Shown: positions 47,030 through 56,086 of the stretch, in pieces
How the letters are laid out: each line of letters begins with the position of its first letter
Numbering within the stretch: the stretch's first letter is position 1
Origin: Acidimicrobiia bacterium
GTDB taxonomy: Bacteria; Actinomycetota; Acidimicrobiia; Acidimicrobiales; VFJN01
DNA: 64,000 bases
Direction of reading: 5' to 3'
Assembly: GCA_047459075.1 (NCBI GenBank)
Contig: VSCH01000013.1
Coordinates: forward strand, 3,874 to 67,873
Translations under genes and position numbers: made by a program
Notes under the pieces: model-generated
The model's input: only the letters and a program-made list of their open reading frames with translations
Database searches by the model: none
What the model was told of the DNA's origin: nothing

Positions 47030-47983
47030 GTGATCGACGCCAGGGTCGCGCCGGCCGGGCCGGTCCACGAGGCCGCGCTCTACGGCGACCAGGACGAGCT
47101 GCTCGACGTCGTCGTGCCGTTCGTCGCCGCGGGCGCCCGGGCGGGCGAGGCGGTGGTCGTCGCCCTCGACGGGCGCGACGCCGATCGGGTCCGGGCCGCC
47201 ACGGCCGGCGACCCCCGGATCGCCTACCTCTCGCCGGCCGACGCCTACGCGCGGCCGGCGGTCACGCTGCGCACGTTCCGGTCGCTCGTCGACCGGCGGC
47301 TGGCCGGGGGCATCGCCCGGGTCCGGATGGTCGGCGCGCTCCCGGCCCGGGTCGTCGGCTCGGCGTGGGACGCGTGGTGCCGCTACGAGGCGGCCGTCGA
47401 GCGGGTGTTCGCCCGGGCCCCCGTCTCGCTGCTGTGCGCCTACGACACCCGGGTGGCGAGCGACGAGGTGCTGGCCGACGTCGAGCAGCTGCACCACCGG
47501 CTCGCCCTGCCCGGTGGCGTCCTCGTCGCCCCGGGGCGCACGGCGGGCCCCGAGGAGCTCGTCGCCCGGCACCCCCCGCCGCCGCCCGACCCGCTCGAGG
47601 CCGGGCCGCCCGACCTCGAGCTGGTGGACCCCTCCGTCCGGGAGGCCCGGCGGCGGGCCCACGCGCTGGCCGGGGCGGCCGGCCACGGGGACCAGGGCGC
47701 GGACGAGGTCGGGCTCGCGGTCAGCGAGACGGTCTCGAACGCCCGGGTGCACGGCCGGCCGCCGGTGGTCGTGCGGGGCTGGGCCGGGCCCGACCGCGTC
47801 GTCATCACCGTCGCCGACCAGGGCCCGGGGCCCGCCGACGCCCTGGTCGGCCTGGCCCCCGTCGCCCCGGACGCCCGCGACGGCCGTGGGCTGTGGATCG
47901 TCCAGCAGCTCTGCCCCGACGTCGCCCTCGTGCGCGCCGAGGGGACCTTCACCGTCCGCCTGCGGTTCCCCCGCACCGGCTGA
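47030..47983 (+). CDS. MEDS sensor + HATPase anti-sigma (RsbW/PrsR-like)
   Basis: HEAALY, W.RYEAA, LLCAYD..., AVSETVSNA..HG, V.DQGPG, GRGLWIV. Confidence 0.85.
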   Translation: MIDARVAPAGPVHEAALYGDQDELLDVVVPFVAAGARAGEAVVVALDGRDADRVRAATAGDPRIAYLSPADAYARPAVTLRTFRSLVDRRLAGGIARVRMVGALPARVVGSAWDAWCRYEAAVERVFARAPVSLLCAYDTRVASDEVLADVEQLHHRLALPGGVLVAPGRTAGPEELVARHPPPPPDPLEAGPPDLELVDPSVREARRRAHALAGAAGHGDQGADEVGLAVSETVSNARVHGRPPVVVRGWAGPDRVVITVADQGPGPADALVGLAPVAPDARDGRGLWIVQQLCPDVALVRAEGTFTVRLRFPRTG

Positions 47984-48008
47984 CCGGCCGGGTGGCGGCC
48001 GCCGGCCC

Positions 48009-49982
48009 TCAGCCCGTCAGGACGTACTCGTCGGGGTCCGGCCGCAGCGTGCGCTGCCAGTACTCGAGCAGCGTGAACGGCCAGTTCTGGCTGACCCGAC
48101 CGCTCGCGTTCTTGTACCAGCTGTTCACGTCGGAGGCGCCCCAGGCCATGAGCTCGTTGGCCCGGTCGACCTCCTCGTTGAACCGGTCGTGCACCTCCCG
48201 GCGGACGTCGACGGCCCGCTTCCCCCGGCGGAGGGCCATCTCGAGGAGGCCCATGATGTACCGCACCCCGCACTCGGAGAAGTAGATGATGCTGCCGTTG
48301 ATGACGATGTTGGTGTTCGGGCCGTAGAGGCAGAACAGGTTGGGGAAGCCGGGCACGGTGATGCCGAGGTAGGCGCGGGGCTCGCCCTGCCAGTGCTCGT
48401 GCAGGTCGACGCCGTCCCGCCCGGTCACCTTCATCGGGGCGAGGAACTTCGAGGCGGTGAAGCCGGTCCCGTAGATGATCACGTCGACGTCGTGGGCCGT
48501 GCCGTCGACGGTGACGAGGCCGCTCGGGGTGATCTCCCGGATGCCGGTGGTGATCAGGCGCACGTTGTCCCGCTTCAGCGCGCTCGCCCACACGCCGTTG
48601 TCGCGGATCATGCGCTTGGCGCCCGGCGGGTAGTTCGGCACCACGACCTCGAGCAGGTCGGGGCGGTCGGCGAACTGCTGCTTGATGTAGTCGGTGAACA
48701 GCGCCTGGACCATGGCGTTGGCGGCGCTGACCGAGCCGGGCACGTCCCAGTCGGGGTCGACCTGGACGGTGGCGAGGACGCCGTCGCCCATCCGCCAGAA
48801 GATGCAGAACCGGTGGATCTCGCTGTAGGCCGGCACGTGCTCGTAGAGCCAGCGCAGGCCGGGCGGCACCTCGGCGTGGTAGTCGGGCGTGGGCACCATC
48901 CAGGCCGGCGTGCGCTGGAACACCAGCAGCTCGCCCACGACGGGCGCGATCTCGGGGACGAACTGCATGGCGCTGGCGCCGGTGCCGATGACCGCCACCC
49001 GCTTGCCCCGCAGGTCGACGTCGTGGCGCCAGCGGGCGGAGTGGAACGCCGGACCGGCGAAGGTGTCGCGGCCGGGGATCTCGGGGTAGTGCGGCCGGTT
49101 GAGCTGGCCGACCGCGCTGATGACGGCGTCGGCCACCAGCGTGTGCTCGGCGCCCTCCGCGTCGCGCACGACGACCGACCACCGGTGGTCGTCCTCGTGC
49201 CAGGTGGCGGACAGGACCTCGGTGCGGAAGCGGATGTGCTCCCAGAGGCCGAAGGCGTCGGCGCACTCGCGGAAGTAGCGGTGCAGCACCGGCTGGGTGG
49301 AGTAGTGGTACGGCCAGTCGTGCCGCTGGGCGAACGAGTAGCTGTAGTTGTGGTTGGGGTTGTCGACCCGGCACCCGGGATAGGTGTTCTCGTACCAGGT
49401 GCCGCCGACGTCGTCGTTCTTCTCGACGATGACGAAGTCGATGCCGGCCTGCTTGAGCCGGTAGCCGGCGAGGAGGCCCGACATGCCGGCGCCGATGACC
49501 AGCACCCGGAAGTCGAGGTCGGGCGCGATCTCGTCCTTGCGCCAGGTGGGGGCCCGGCGGTCCTCGCCCCGGTGGGCCAGCTCCTCCTCGAGCAGCGGCA
49601 GGTAGTCGGCCATCGAGCCGCCGAGCGTCGTGTCGCCGCCGACCGCGTGCTCGAGGATCCGCAGCAGGTCCTCGTCCGACGGCGGCGGCGCCGGCCGGCA
49701 GCCCTCGTCCCGGAACCGGATCAGCGTCCGCAGGGCCAGCTCGCGGATGGCGTCGGCCTGCTCGTCGGAGAAGCCGGTGCCGGAGGGCATCGCCATCATC
49801 ACCGGGTCGGGGCGGAGGTCCTCGCGCAGCAGGCCGAGGTCGCCGGTGGCGTAGGCCAGCGCCGGCAGCAGCGGCTGCAGCTCGGCGTCGGCCAGGTGCC
49901 GCCGGATCTCCTCGTCGCTGGCGGAGATCGGCTGGACCTCCGAGATGAACGGGCTCACCGTCCACGTCGTGGGCTCGGCCAT
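48009..49982 (-). CDS. Baeyer-Villiger monooxygenase with N-terminal extension (HapE-like)
   Basis: GAGMSG, GGTWYENTYPG..VD, FAGPAFHSARW (FxGxxxHxxxW), GTGASA, FPNLF.LYGPN. Confidence 0.92.
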   Translation of the reverse strand: MAEPTTWTVSPFISEVQPISASDEEIRRHLADAELQPLLPALAYATGDLGLLREDLRPDPVMMAMPSGTGFSDEQADAIRELALRTLIRFRDEGCRPAPPPSDEDLLRILEHAVGGDTTLGGSMADYLPLLEEELAHRGEDRRAPTWRKDEIAPDLDFRVLVIGAGMSGLLAGYRLKQAGIDFVIVEKNDDVGGTWYENTYPGCRVDNPNHNYSYSFAQRHDWPYHYSTQPVLHRYFRECADAFGLWEHIRFRTEVLSATWHEDDHRWSVVVRDAEGAEHTLVADAVISAVGQLNRPHYPEIPGRDTFAGPAFHSARWRHDVDLRGKRVAVIGTGASAMQFVPEIAPVVGELLVFQRTPAWMVPTPDYHAEVPPGLRWLYEHVPAYSEIHRFCIFWRMGDGVLATVQVDPDWDVPGSVSAANAMVQALFTDYIKQQFADRPDLLEVVVPNYPPGAKRMIRDNGVWASALKRDNVRLITTGIREITPSGLVTVDGTAHDVDVIIYGTGFTASKFLAPMKVTGRDGVDLHEHWQGEPRAYLGITVPGFPNLFCLYGPNTNIVINGSIIYFSECGVRYIMGLLEMALRRGKRAVDVRREVHDRFNEEVDRANELMAWGASDVNSWYKNASGRVSQNWPFTLLEYWQRTLRPDPDEYVLTG

Positions 49983-50135
49983 CGTTCCTCGCGCTCCCTT
50001 CCCCGACGGATGCGCTCGCCGAGAGCGTCCGTGCCGCAGGTGTGACGAACGGTACAGGTCCACACGCCGACCCGGCCAAGGGACGGAGGTCCCCTCGCCG
50101 GCGGGACTGACGTCACCGTCAGCGTCCTCCGCCAC

Positions 50136-50149
50136 TAGAACACGTTCTC
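50136..50149. promoter_or_regulatory. KstR-type operator
   Basis: TAGAACACGTTCTC, differing from the palindrome TnnAACnnGTTnnA only at the last base; upstream of fadE26/27-like pair. Confidence 0.65.
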
Positions 50150-50191
50150 GTCGCGGGCCATACTGGCGCTCCGACCACCAGGAGGGGGACG

Positions 50192-51367
50192 TTGCACCTG
50201 GCCTACACGGAGGCGGAGGAGCAGCTGCGCGCCGAGCTGCGCGCCTACTACGACGAGCTGCTCGACGAGGAGACCCGCCGCGAGCTGCGCCGCGCCAACG
50301 GCGTCGGCCCGGTGGTCCGCCGCATCGTCCGGCAGATGGGCGAGGACGGCTGGCTCGGCATCGGCTGGCCCGTCGAGTACGGCGGCCAGGGCCGCGGGCC
50401 GGTCGAGCAGTTCATCTTCTTCGACGAGTCGATGCGGGCCGGCGCCCCCGTGCCCATGCTGACCATCAACACGGTGGCGCCGACGATCATGCAGTTCGGC
50501 ACCGAGGAGCAGAAGCGCCGCTTCCTCCCGCCGATCCTCCGGGGCGAGATCCACTTCTGCATCGGCTACAGCGAGCCGAACGCCGGCACCGACCTGGCCT
50601 CGCTGCGCACCCGGGCGGTGCGCGACGGCGACCACTACGTCGTCACCGGCCAGAAGATGTGGACCAGCCTGGCCAGCGACGCCGACTACTGCTGGCTGGC
50701 GGCCCGCACCGGCGACGAGGACAGCCGCCACCGGGGCATCTCGATCTTCATCGTCCCGATGGACAGCCCCGGCATCGAGCGCACGCCGCTGCGCCTGCTC
50801 TCGTCCCACGACATCTGCGCCGTGCACTGGGACGGCGTGCGCGTCCCGGTCGAGAACCGGGTCGGCGGCGAGAACGAGGGCTGGAACCTCATCGTCAACC
50901 AGCTCAACCACGAGCGGGTCACGCTGTGCAGCCCGGGCATGGCCGAGGAGCTGCTGCACGACACCATCGAGTGGGCCCGCACGACCCGGCTGCCCGACGG
51001 CCGGCTGGTCGCCGACCAGGAGTGGGTGCGCGTCAACCTGGCCAAGGCCTACGCCGGCTTCGAGTTCCTGCGCCTCGCCAACTGGAAGGTGGCCTGGGAC
51101 GCCACGAGGGACCGCCTGGAGGTGGCCGACGCCAGCACGATCAAGGTCTTCGGCACCGAGCACTACCTCGAGACCTTCCGGCTGCTCATGGAGGTGCTGG
51201 GCGAGCGGTCCTACCTCGTCGAGGACACGCCGGGGGCGCTGCTCGCCGGCCGCCTCGAGCAGCTCTACCGCAGCCTGCTCATCCTCACCTTCGGCGGCGG
51301 CACCAACGAGCTGCAGCGCGACCTGATCGCCGGCTTCGGCCTCGGCATGCCGATGGCGAAGCGCTGA
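50192..51367 (+). CDS. Acyl-CoA dehydrogenase, FadE26/ChsE4-like
   Basis: MGEDGWLGIGWPVEYGGQ, IGYSEPNAGTDLASLRT, GQKMWTS, LNHERV, TFGGGTNE. Confidence 0.9.
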   Translation: MHLAYTEAEEQLRAELRAYYDELLDEETRRELRRANGVGPVVRRIVRQMGEDGWLGIGWPVEYGGQGRGPVEQFIFFDESMRAGAPVPMLTINTVAPTIMQFGTEEQKRRFLPPILRGEIHFCIGYSEPNAGTDLASLRTRAVRDGDHYVVTGQKMWTSLASDADYCWLAARTGDEDSRHRGISIFIVPMDSPGIERTPLRLLSSHDICAVHWDGVRVPVENRVGGENEGWNLIVNQLNHERVTLCSPGMAEELLHDTIEWARTTRLPDGRLVADQEWVRVNLAKAYAGFEFLRLANWKVAWDATRDRLEVADASTIKVFGTEHYLETFRLLMEVLGERSYLVEDTPGALLAGRLEQLYRSLLILTFGGGTNELQRDLIAGFGLGMPMAKR

Positions 51368-51384
51368 CACCCCAGGGGGAGGCG

Positions 51385-52515
51385 ATGGACTTCGACCTGA
51401 CCGACGAGCAGCAGGCCACCGTCGAGGCGGCGAGCAAGCTGCTGGGCGACCGGTCCACCCCGGCGGCGCTGCGGGAGCTCGAGCAGCGCGACGAGCTGCG
51501 CTTCGACCGCGACCTGTGGGCCGCCATGGCCGGCGCCGGCCTGCTCGGCATCGCCGTGCCGGTCGAGCACGGCGGGGCGGGGCAGGGGGTGCTGGAGCTG
51601 GCCCTCCTCCTCGAGGAGGTGGGCCGCCGGACCGCCCCGGTGCCGGCGCTGGCCGCGCTGGCGCTCGGCGGGCTGCCGATCGCCCGGTGGGGCACGGCGG
51701 ACCAGCAGGCCGCCGTCCTGCCCGGTCTGGCCGAGGGGACGGTCGTGCCGACGGCGGCCCTCGTGCAGCCGTCCGGCGACCCGCTGACGCCCTCGGTGGC
51801 GGCCCGCCGGGACGGCGACGGCTGGGTGCTGGACGGCGCCTGCACCAACGTGCCGGCCGGGCTGGTCGCCGACCTCGTGCTCGTGCCGGCGACGACCGAC
51901 GCCGGCGAGACGGGCCTGTTCCTCGTCCCGGCCGGTGCCCCCGGGGTGGGCCGCGAGCGCCAGGACACGACGACGGGCACGCCCGAGGCCCGCCTGACCC
52001 TCGACGGCGTGCGCCTCGGCGCCGGCGACGTGGTGGGGCCGGTGGACGAGGCGGCGACGGCGCTGCGGTGGCTGGTCGACCACGCGACGGTGGCCGCGTG
52101 CGCGGTCATGGCCGGCGTCGCCGCCGAGGCGATCCGGCTGACCGGCGAGTACACCTCGCAGCGCGAGCAGTTCGGGCGGCCGATCGCCACCTTCCAGGCC
52201 GTCGGGCAGCGGGCGGCCGACGCCTACGTCGACACCCAGGCCATCCGGCTCACCATGCTGCAGGCCGCGTGGCGGCTCGGCGCCGGGCTCCCCGCCGACC
52301 GCGAGGTCGCGGTCGCCAAGTACTTCGCGGCCGCCGGCGGCCAGCGCGTCGTGCACGCGGCCGCCCACCTGCACGGCGGCGTGGGCGTCGACCGCGACTA
52401 CCCGCTGCACCGCTACTTCCTGCTGGCCAAGCAGCTCGAGCTGTTCCTCGGCGGCGCCAGCCGGCAGCTGCTGCGGCTCGGCGCCATCCTTGCCGCCGAG
52501 GGCCCCACGCGCTGA
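51385..52515 (+). CDS. Acyl-CoA dehydrogenase, FadE27/ChsE5-like
   Basis: MDFDLTDEQ, REQFGRPIATFQAV.QRAAD.Y, HLHGGVGVD.DYPLHRYF. Confidence 0.9.
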   Translation: MDFDLTDEQQATVEAASKLLGDRSTPAALRELEQRDELRFDRDLWAAMAGAGLLGIAVPVEHGGAGQGVLELALLLEEVGRRTAPVPALAALALGGLPIARWGTADQQAAVLPGLAEGTVVPTAALVQPSGDPLTPSVAARRDGDGWVLDGACTNVPAGLVADLVLVPATTDAGETGLFLVPAGAPGVGRERQDTTTGTPEARLTLDGVRLGAGDVVGPVDEAATALRWLVDHATVAACAVMAGVAAEAIRLTGEYTSQREQFGRPIATFQAVGQRAADAYVDTQAIRLTMLQAAWRLGAGLPADREVAVAKYFAAAGGQRVVHAAAHLHGGVGVDRDYPLHRYFLLAKQLELFLGGASRQLLRLGAILAAEGPTR

Positions 52516-52575
52516 CCCGGCCCGCCCCGTGCGGGCGGGCCGGCGGTCGGGCCGGATCGGGCCGGCGTCGCCGGC

Positions 52576-52827
52576 CTAGCCGGTGGGGAGCTCGACCCGG
52601 TCGACGGCCTTGTCGGTCTGCTCGGCCACGTTGGCGCAGTGGGCGCAGCAGTAGAAGCGGCCGTTCACCTCGACGCCGTGGCCGACGACCCGGCAGCCGC
52701 AGTGCTCGCAGACCGGGGCCAGGCGGTGGATCGCGCACTCGAAGCTGTCGAACGTGTGGTGCGCGCCGGCCGCGACCACCTCGAAGGCCTTGTCGTAGTC
52801 GTTCCCGCAGACCTCGCAACGGGCCAT
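52576..52827 (-). CDS. Small Cys-rich metallothionein-like protein
   Basis: CEVCGNDYDKAF, FDSFECAIH, CEHCGC, YCCAHCA; GGAGG RBS. Confidence 0.85.
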   Translation of the reverse strand: MARCEVCGNDYDKAFEVVAAGAHHTFDSFECAIHRLAPVCEHCGCRVVGHGVEVNGRFYCCAHCANVAEQTDKAVDRVELPTG

Positions 52828-52954
52828 GTCGGTACCTCCGGTGCTCGGCGACGTCGCGGGCGTACCCGGGCGGCGGACGGCCGACACCCCGTGCTCTCGC
52901 GCTCTCAGCGGCTACGGTCGCGCGGGTCGCGGCCGAGCCGGCGAGGAGGGCGCG

Positions 52955-54796
52955 GTGGACAGCAGCGAGATCGTGCGCGGCATCGGGCTCGTGGTCGTCC
53001 TCGGCGTCGGCCTGCAGTGGCTGGGCCGGCGGATCGGCTTGCCCTCGATCGTGCTGCTGCTGGCCGGCGGCCTGGCGGTGGGCCCGGGGCTGGGCTGGCT
53101 CGACCCCGACGAGATCTTCGGCGACGCCCTCTTCCCGGTCGTGTCGCTCGCCGTCGCCGTGCTGCTGTTCCACGGCGGGATGGAGCTGCGGCTCGCCGAC
53201 CTGCGGGGCCCCGCCCGGGGGCCGGTCCTCCGGCTCGTCACCGTCGGGGCGCTGACGACCTGGCTGCTGGCGGCCGGCACCGTCCACCTCCTCCTCGACG
53301 GGGCGGCGCGGCTGTCGCTCGTCATCGGGGCGATCCTCGTCGTGTCCGGGCCGACGGTCGTCGGCCCGCTGCTGCGCATCGCCCGGCCCCGCGACCCACC
53401 GGCCACGATCCTCCGCTGGGAGGGCATCCTCATCGACCCCCTGGGCGCCACGCTCGGCGTGTTCTGCGTCAACGCCTTCTTCGTCACCGAGCTGAGCCTC
53501 CAGGAGCTGTGGCGGGACGTCCTGTCGGTGGCCCTGGCCGGGGTGGCCGCCGGGCTGGCCGGGGCGGCGCTGCTGGTCACCGCCCTGCGCCGGCTGACCG
53601 TGCCCGACGAGCTCGAGGTCGCCGTCCCGTTCATGTTCGTCGTCGCCGCCTACGTGGCGGCCGAGTCGGTCCGGCCCGAGGCCGGGCTGTTCGCCACGAC
53701 GGCGATGGGCGTGGCGGTGGCCAACCAGCGGGTGGTCCCCACCCGGGAGCTGCGCGCCTTCGGCGAGCCGGTCGTCGCGCTCCTGCTCGGCGCGCTGTTC
53801 GTCGTGCTCGCCGCCCGCGTCGACGGCCAGGCGCTGATCGACCACGTGCCCGAGGCGCTCGCGCTCGCCGCGGTCCTCGCCCTGGTCGTCCGCCCGCTCG
53901 TCGTCGTGCTCAGCACCCTGGGCCAGCCCGGCCTCGACCGGCGGGACCGGGCCTTCCTGGCCTGCCTGGCGCCGCGCGGCGTCGTCGCGGCCGCCACCGC
54001 GGCGCTCTACTCCCTGCGCCTCGACCAGATCGGCGAGCCCGCCGACGGGCTGGTGCCGGTCGTCTTCGCGGTGGTCATCGCCCTCGCCCTCCTCTACGGC
54101 CTCGGCGCCGCGCCGGCGGCCCGGTGGCTGGGCGTGGCCCGCCCGAGCCCCCGGGGCGCGCTGCTCGTCGGCGGGCACCGCTGGCTGCTCGGGCTGGCCG
54201 CCGCGCTGACCCGCCACGGCGTGCCGGTCGTGGTGGCCGCCCGGGGGCGGGCCGACCTGGCGGGGCGCGACGACCTCCCGTTCCGCGTGCACACCGGGCT
54301 GATCACCGCGCTGCCGGCGAGCGGCCTGCTCGACGACGTGGGCGGCGCGGTCATCGCGTCGCGCGACGACGAGGTCGACCTCATCGCGCTCGACGTGGCG
54401 GTGTCGCAGCTCGGGCGGGGCGCGGTCTGGGTGCTGCCGAGCGAGCCGGCCGGGGGCGGCGCGCGGCGCGCCGACCCCGAGCCCGACCCCCGGACCTGGT
54501 CGCGGCGGCCGTTCTCGCCCGGCGCCACCCACGACGCGCTCGACGCGGCCGTCGTCGCGGGTCACGAGGTGCGGACGGTCGACGCCGACGACGTGCCCGA
54601 GGGCGCGCACGTGCTGGCCGTGCTCACCCCGGCCGGCCGGTGGACCGCGTCCGTCGACGGGCCCCCGCCGCCCGGGTCCCGCCTGGTCGTCCTCGACCCG
54701 GCGCCGGTCGCGGCGGGGGAGCGGGACGGCGCCGCGGCCGCGATCGGCGACCCCGAGGCCCGGCGTGGTCAGCGCGAGCCGGCCGCGGACGACTGA
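52955..54796 (+). CDS. Cation:proton antiporter (CPA1, NhaP-like) with cytoplasmic tail
   Basis: LPSIVLLL, SGPTVV.PLL, WEGILIDP.GA, APRGVVAAA. Confidence 0.9.
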   Translation: MDSSEIVRGIGLVVVLGVGLQWLGRRIGLPSIVLLLAGGLAVGPGLGWLDPDEIFGDALFPVVSLAVAVLLFHGGMELRLADLRGPARGPVLRLVTVGALTTWLLAAGTVHLLLDGAARLSLVIGAILVVSGPTVVGPLLRIARPRDPPATILRWEGILIDPLGATLGVFCVNAFFVTELSLQELWRDVLSVALAGVAAGLAGAALLVTALRRLTVPDELEVAVPFMFVVAAYVAAESVRPEAGLFATTAMGVAVANQRVVPTRELRAFGEPVVALLLGALFVVLAARVDGQALIDHVPEALALAAVLALVVRPLVVVLSTLGQPGLDRRDRAFLACLAPRGVVAAATAALYSLRLDQIGEPADGLVPVVFAVVIALALLYGLGAAPAARWLGVARPSPRGALLVGGHRWLLGLAAALTRHGVPVVVAARGRADLAGRDDLPFRVHTGLITALPASGLLDDVGGAVIASRDDEVDLIALDVAVSQLGRGAVWVLPSEPAGGGARRADPEPDPRTWSRRPFSPGATHDALDAAVVAGHEVRTVDADDVPEGAHVLAVLTPAGRWTASVDGPPPPGSRLVVLDPAPVAAGERDGAAAAIGDPEARRGQREPAADD

Positions 54797-55449
54797 GCGG
54801 TCGGGCCGAGCAGCTGCTGCGCCAGCGTCTCGGCCAGCCAGCGCTCGTAGCGGGCGCCCGACCAGCCGCGGTCGAGCACGAGCAGGCCGTAGACCTCGGG
54901 GGAGGCGAGGGCGTGGACGACGTCGGCCGCGTCGCGCTCGCGCAGCCCGTCCCGGAGCGCGCCGGCCCGGGCGAGGGCCCGGGCGACGTGGCGCTGGCCC
55001 TCGTGGCGCTGGCGGGAGACCTCGTCGAGCATCGCCGCCGCCTCGGGGTCGGAGCGGGCGGCATCCGCGAGCAGGCGGTGCACCGGGGCGGTGCGGGCCA
55101 TGAGGTCGCGCAGCAGCGTGGCGAAGCGGCCGAGCAGCTCGTGGGGGTCGGGTGTGGCGAGCAGGTCCTGCACCCGGGGCCGGTCGAGCATCGCCACGTC
55201 CTCGTGGTCGCCGGCGATGGCGACGTCGAGCACCGCCTTCAGGATCCCCAGCTTCGAGCCGAACAGCCGGTAGACGGTGGCCTGGGGGGTGTCGGAGGCC
55301 TCGCTGATCGCCTCGATGGTGGTGGCCGCGTAGCCCCGCTCCTCGAACAGGCGGCGGGCCGCCTCCACCACCGCCGCCCGGGTCCGCCGGGTGCGCGCCT
55401 GGGGCGGACGGCGCCTCGACGGGGGGACGTCCTTGACGGGCTCGCTCAC
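54769..55449 (-). CDS. TetR family regulator
   Basis: TRAAVVEAARRLF.ERGY.ATTIEAI......QATVYRLFGSK. Confidence 0.92.
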   Translation of the reverse strand: MSEPVKDVPPSRRRPPQARTRRTRAAVVEAARRLFEERGYAATTIEAISEASDTPQATVYRLFGSKLGILKAVLDVAIAGDHEDVAMLDRPRVQDLLATPDPHELLGRFATLLRDLMARTAPVHRLLADAARSDPEAAAMLDEVSRQRHEGQRHVARALARAGALRDGLRERDAADVVHALASPEVYGLLVLDRGWSGARYERWLAETLAQQLLGPTAQSSAAGSR

Positions 55450-55454
55450 GTATG

Positions 55455-55491
55455 TGAGAGTAGCACTATCAAATCGATAGTAAGACTCTCA
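55455..55491. promoter_or_regulatory. AT-rich extended inverted repeat, likely TetR operator
   Basis: TGAGAGT-agc-ACTATC-aaatc-GATAGT-aag-ACTCTCA between divergent genes. Confidence 0.75.
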
Positions 55492-55531
55492 TTCTGAGCC
55501 GGGCCCGGGAGGGCCGGGAGGAGGAACCGAC

Positions 55532-56017
55532 GTGATGGGCATCCGGGACGCGACATCGGGCCAGGTCGTCGACTTCAGGGAGGTGTCGACCGCCGGGCTC
55601 GAGCCGTCGCCGCACGCGGAGGCGCTGGCCGGGCTGCGGGCCAACGAGGCCCGCTACTTCAAGAACAAGTACGACCACGACTTCACCGTCTACCCGGCGG
55701 CCGAGGCCGCCGACGTCGTCGACTGGGTCCACCGGATCCTGAGGGAGGAGCGGGGCATCGAGATCGCCTCCCCGCCCCTGCAGGCCGCGCTGGTCGAGGT
55801 CGAGGGCACGAGGTGGGCCCACGTGTTCTACGAGAGCGGCCTCGCCGTCAACGTCCTCTACGAGCTGGCGCCGGGCGGCAAGCGGGCCGTCGGCTTCAAG
55901 CTCTGCGAGGGCATGGACGTGCCCGAGGAGCTGGCGGGCTTCAAGTTCGCCCGCCAGCGGTCGAAGCTGGCCGGCACCATCCGCGGCTCGTTCTTCGTCA
56001 TCAAGGGCGAGTACTGA
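55532..56017 (+). CDS. Conserved hypothetical protein of unknown function
   Basis: ALAGLRANEARYFKNKY, YESGLAVNVLY, KRAVGFKL, FKFARQRSKLAG; strong GGAGGAGG RBS. Confidence 0.8.
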   Translation: MMGIRDATSGQVVDFREVSTAGLEPSPHAEALAGLRANEARYFKNKYDHDFTVYPAAEAADVVDWVHRILREERGIEIASPPLQAALVEVEGTRWAHVFYESGLAVNVLYELAPGGKRAVGFKLCEGMDVPEELAGFKFARQRSKLAGTIRGSFFVIKGEY

Positions 56018-56086
56018 GCGCTCGATGGGGTCGCGCCGGGCCGGCGACTCCGCCCGGGGGAGCGCCGCGGGCTAGACACCGGGGGC

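Noticed and set aside
55532-56017. Prophage remnant
   Set aside because: No integrase, terminase, capsid or other phage genes nearby; the gene sits in a TetR-divergent module
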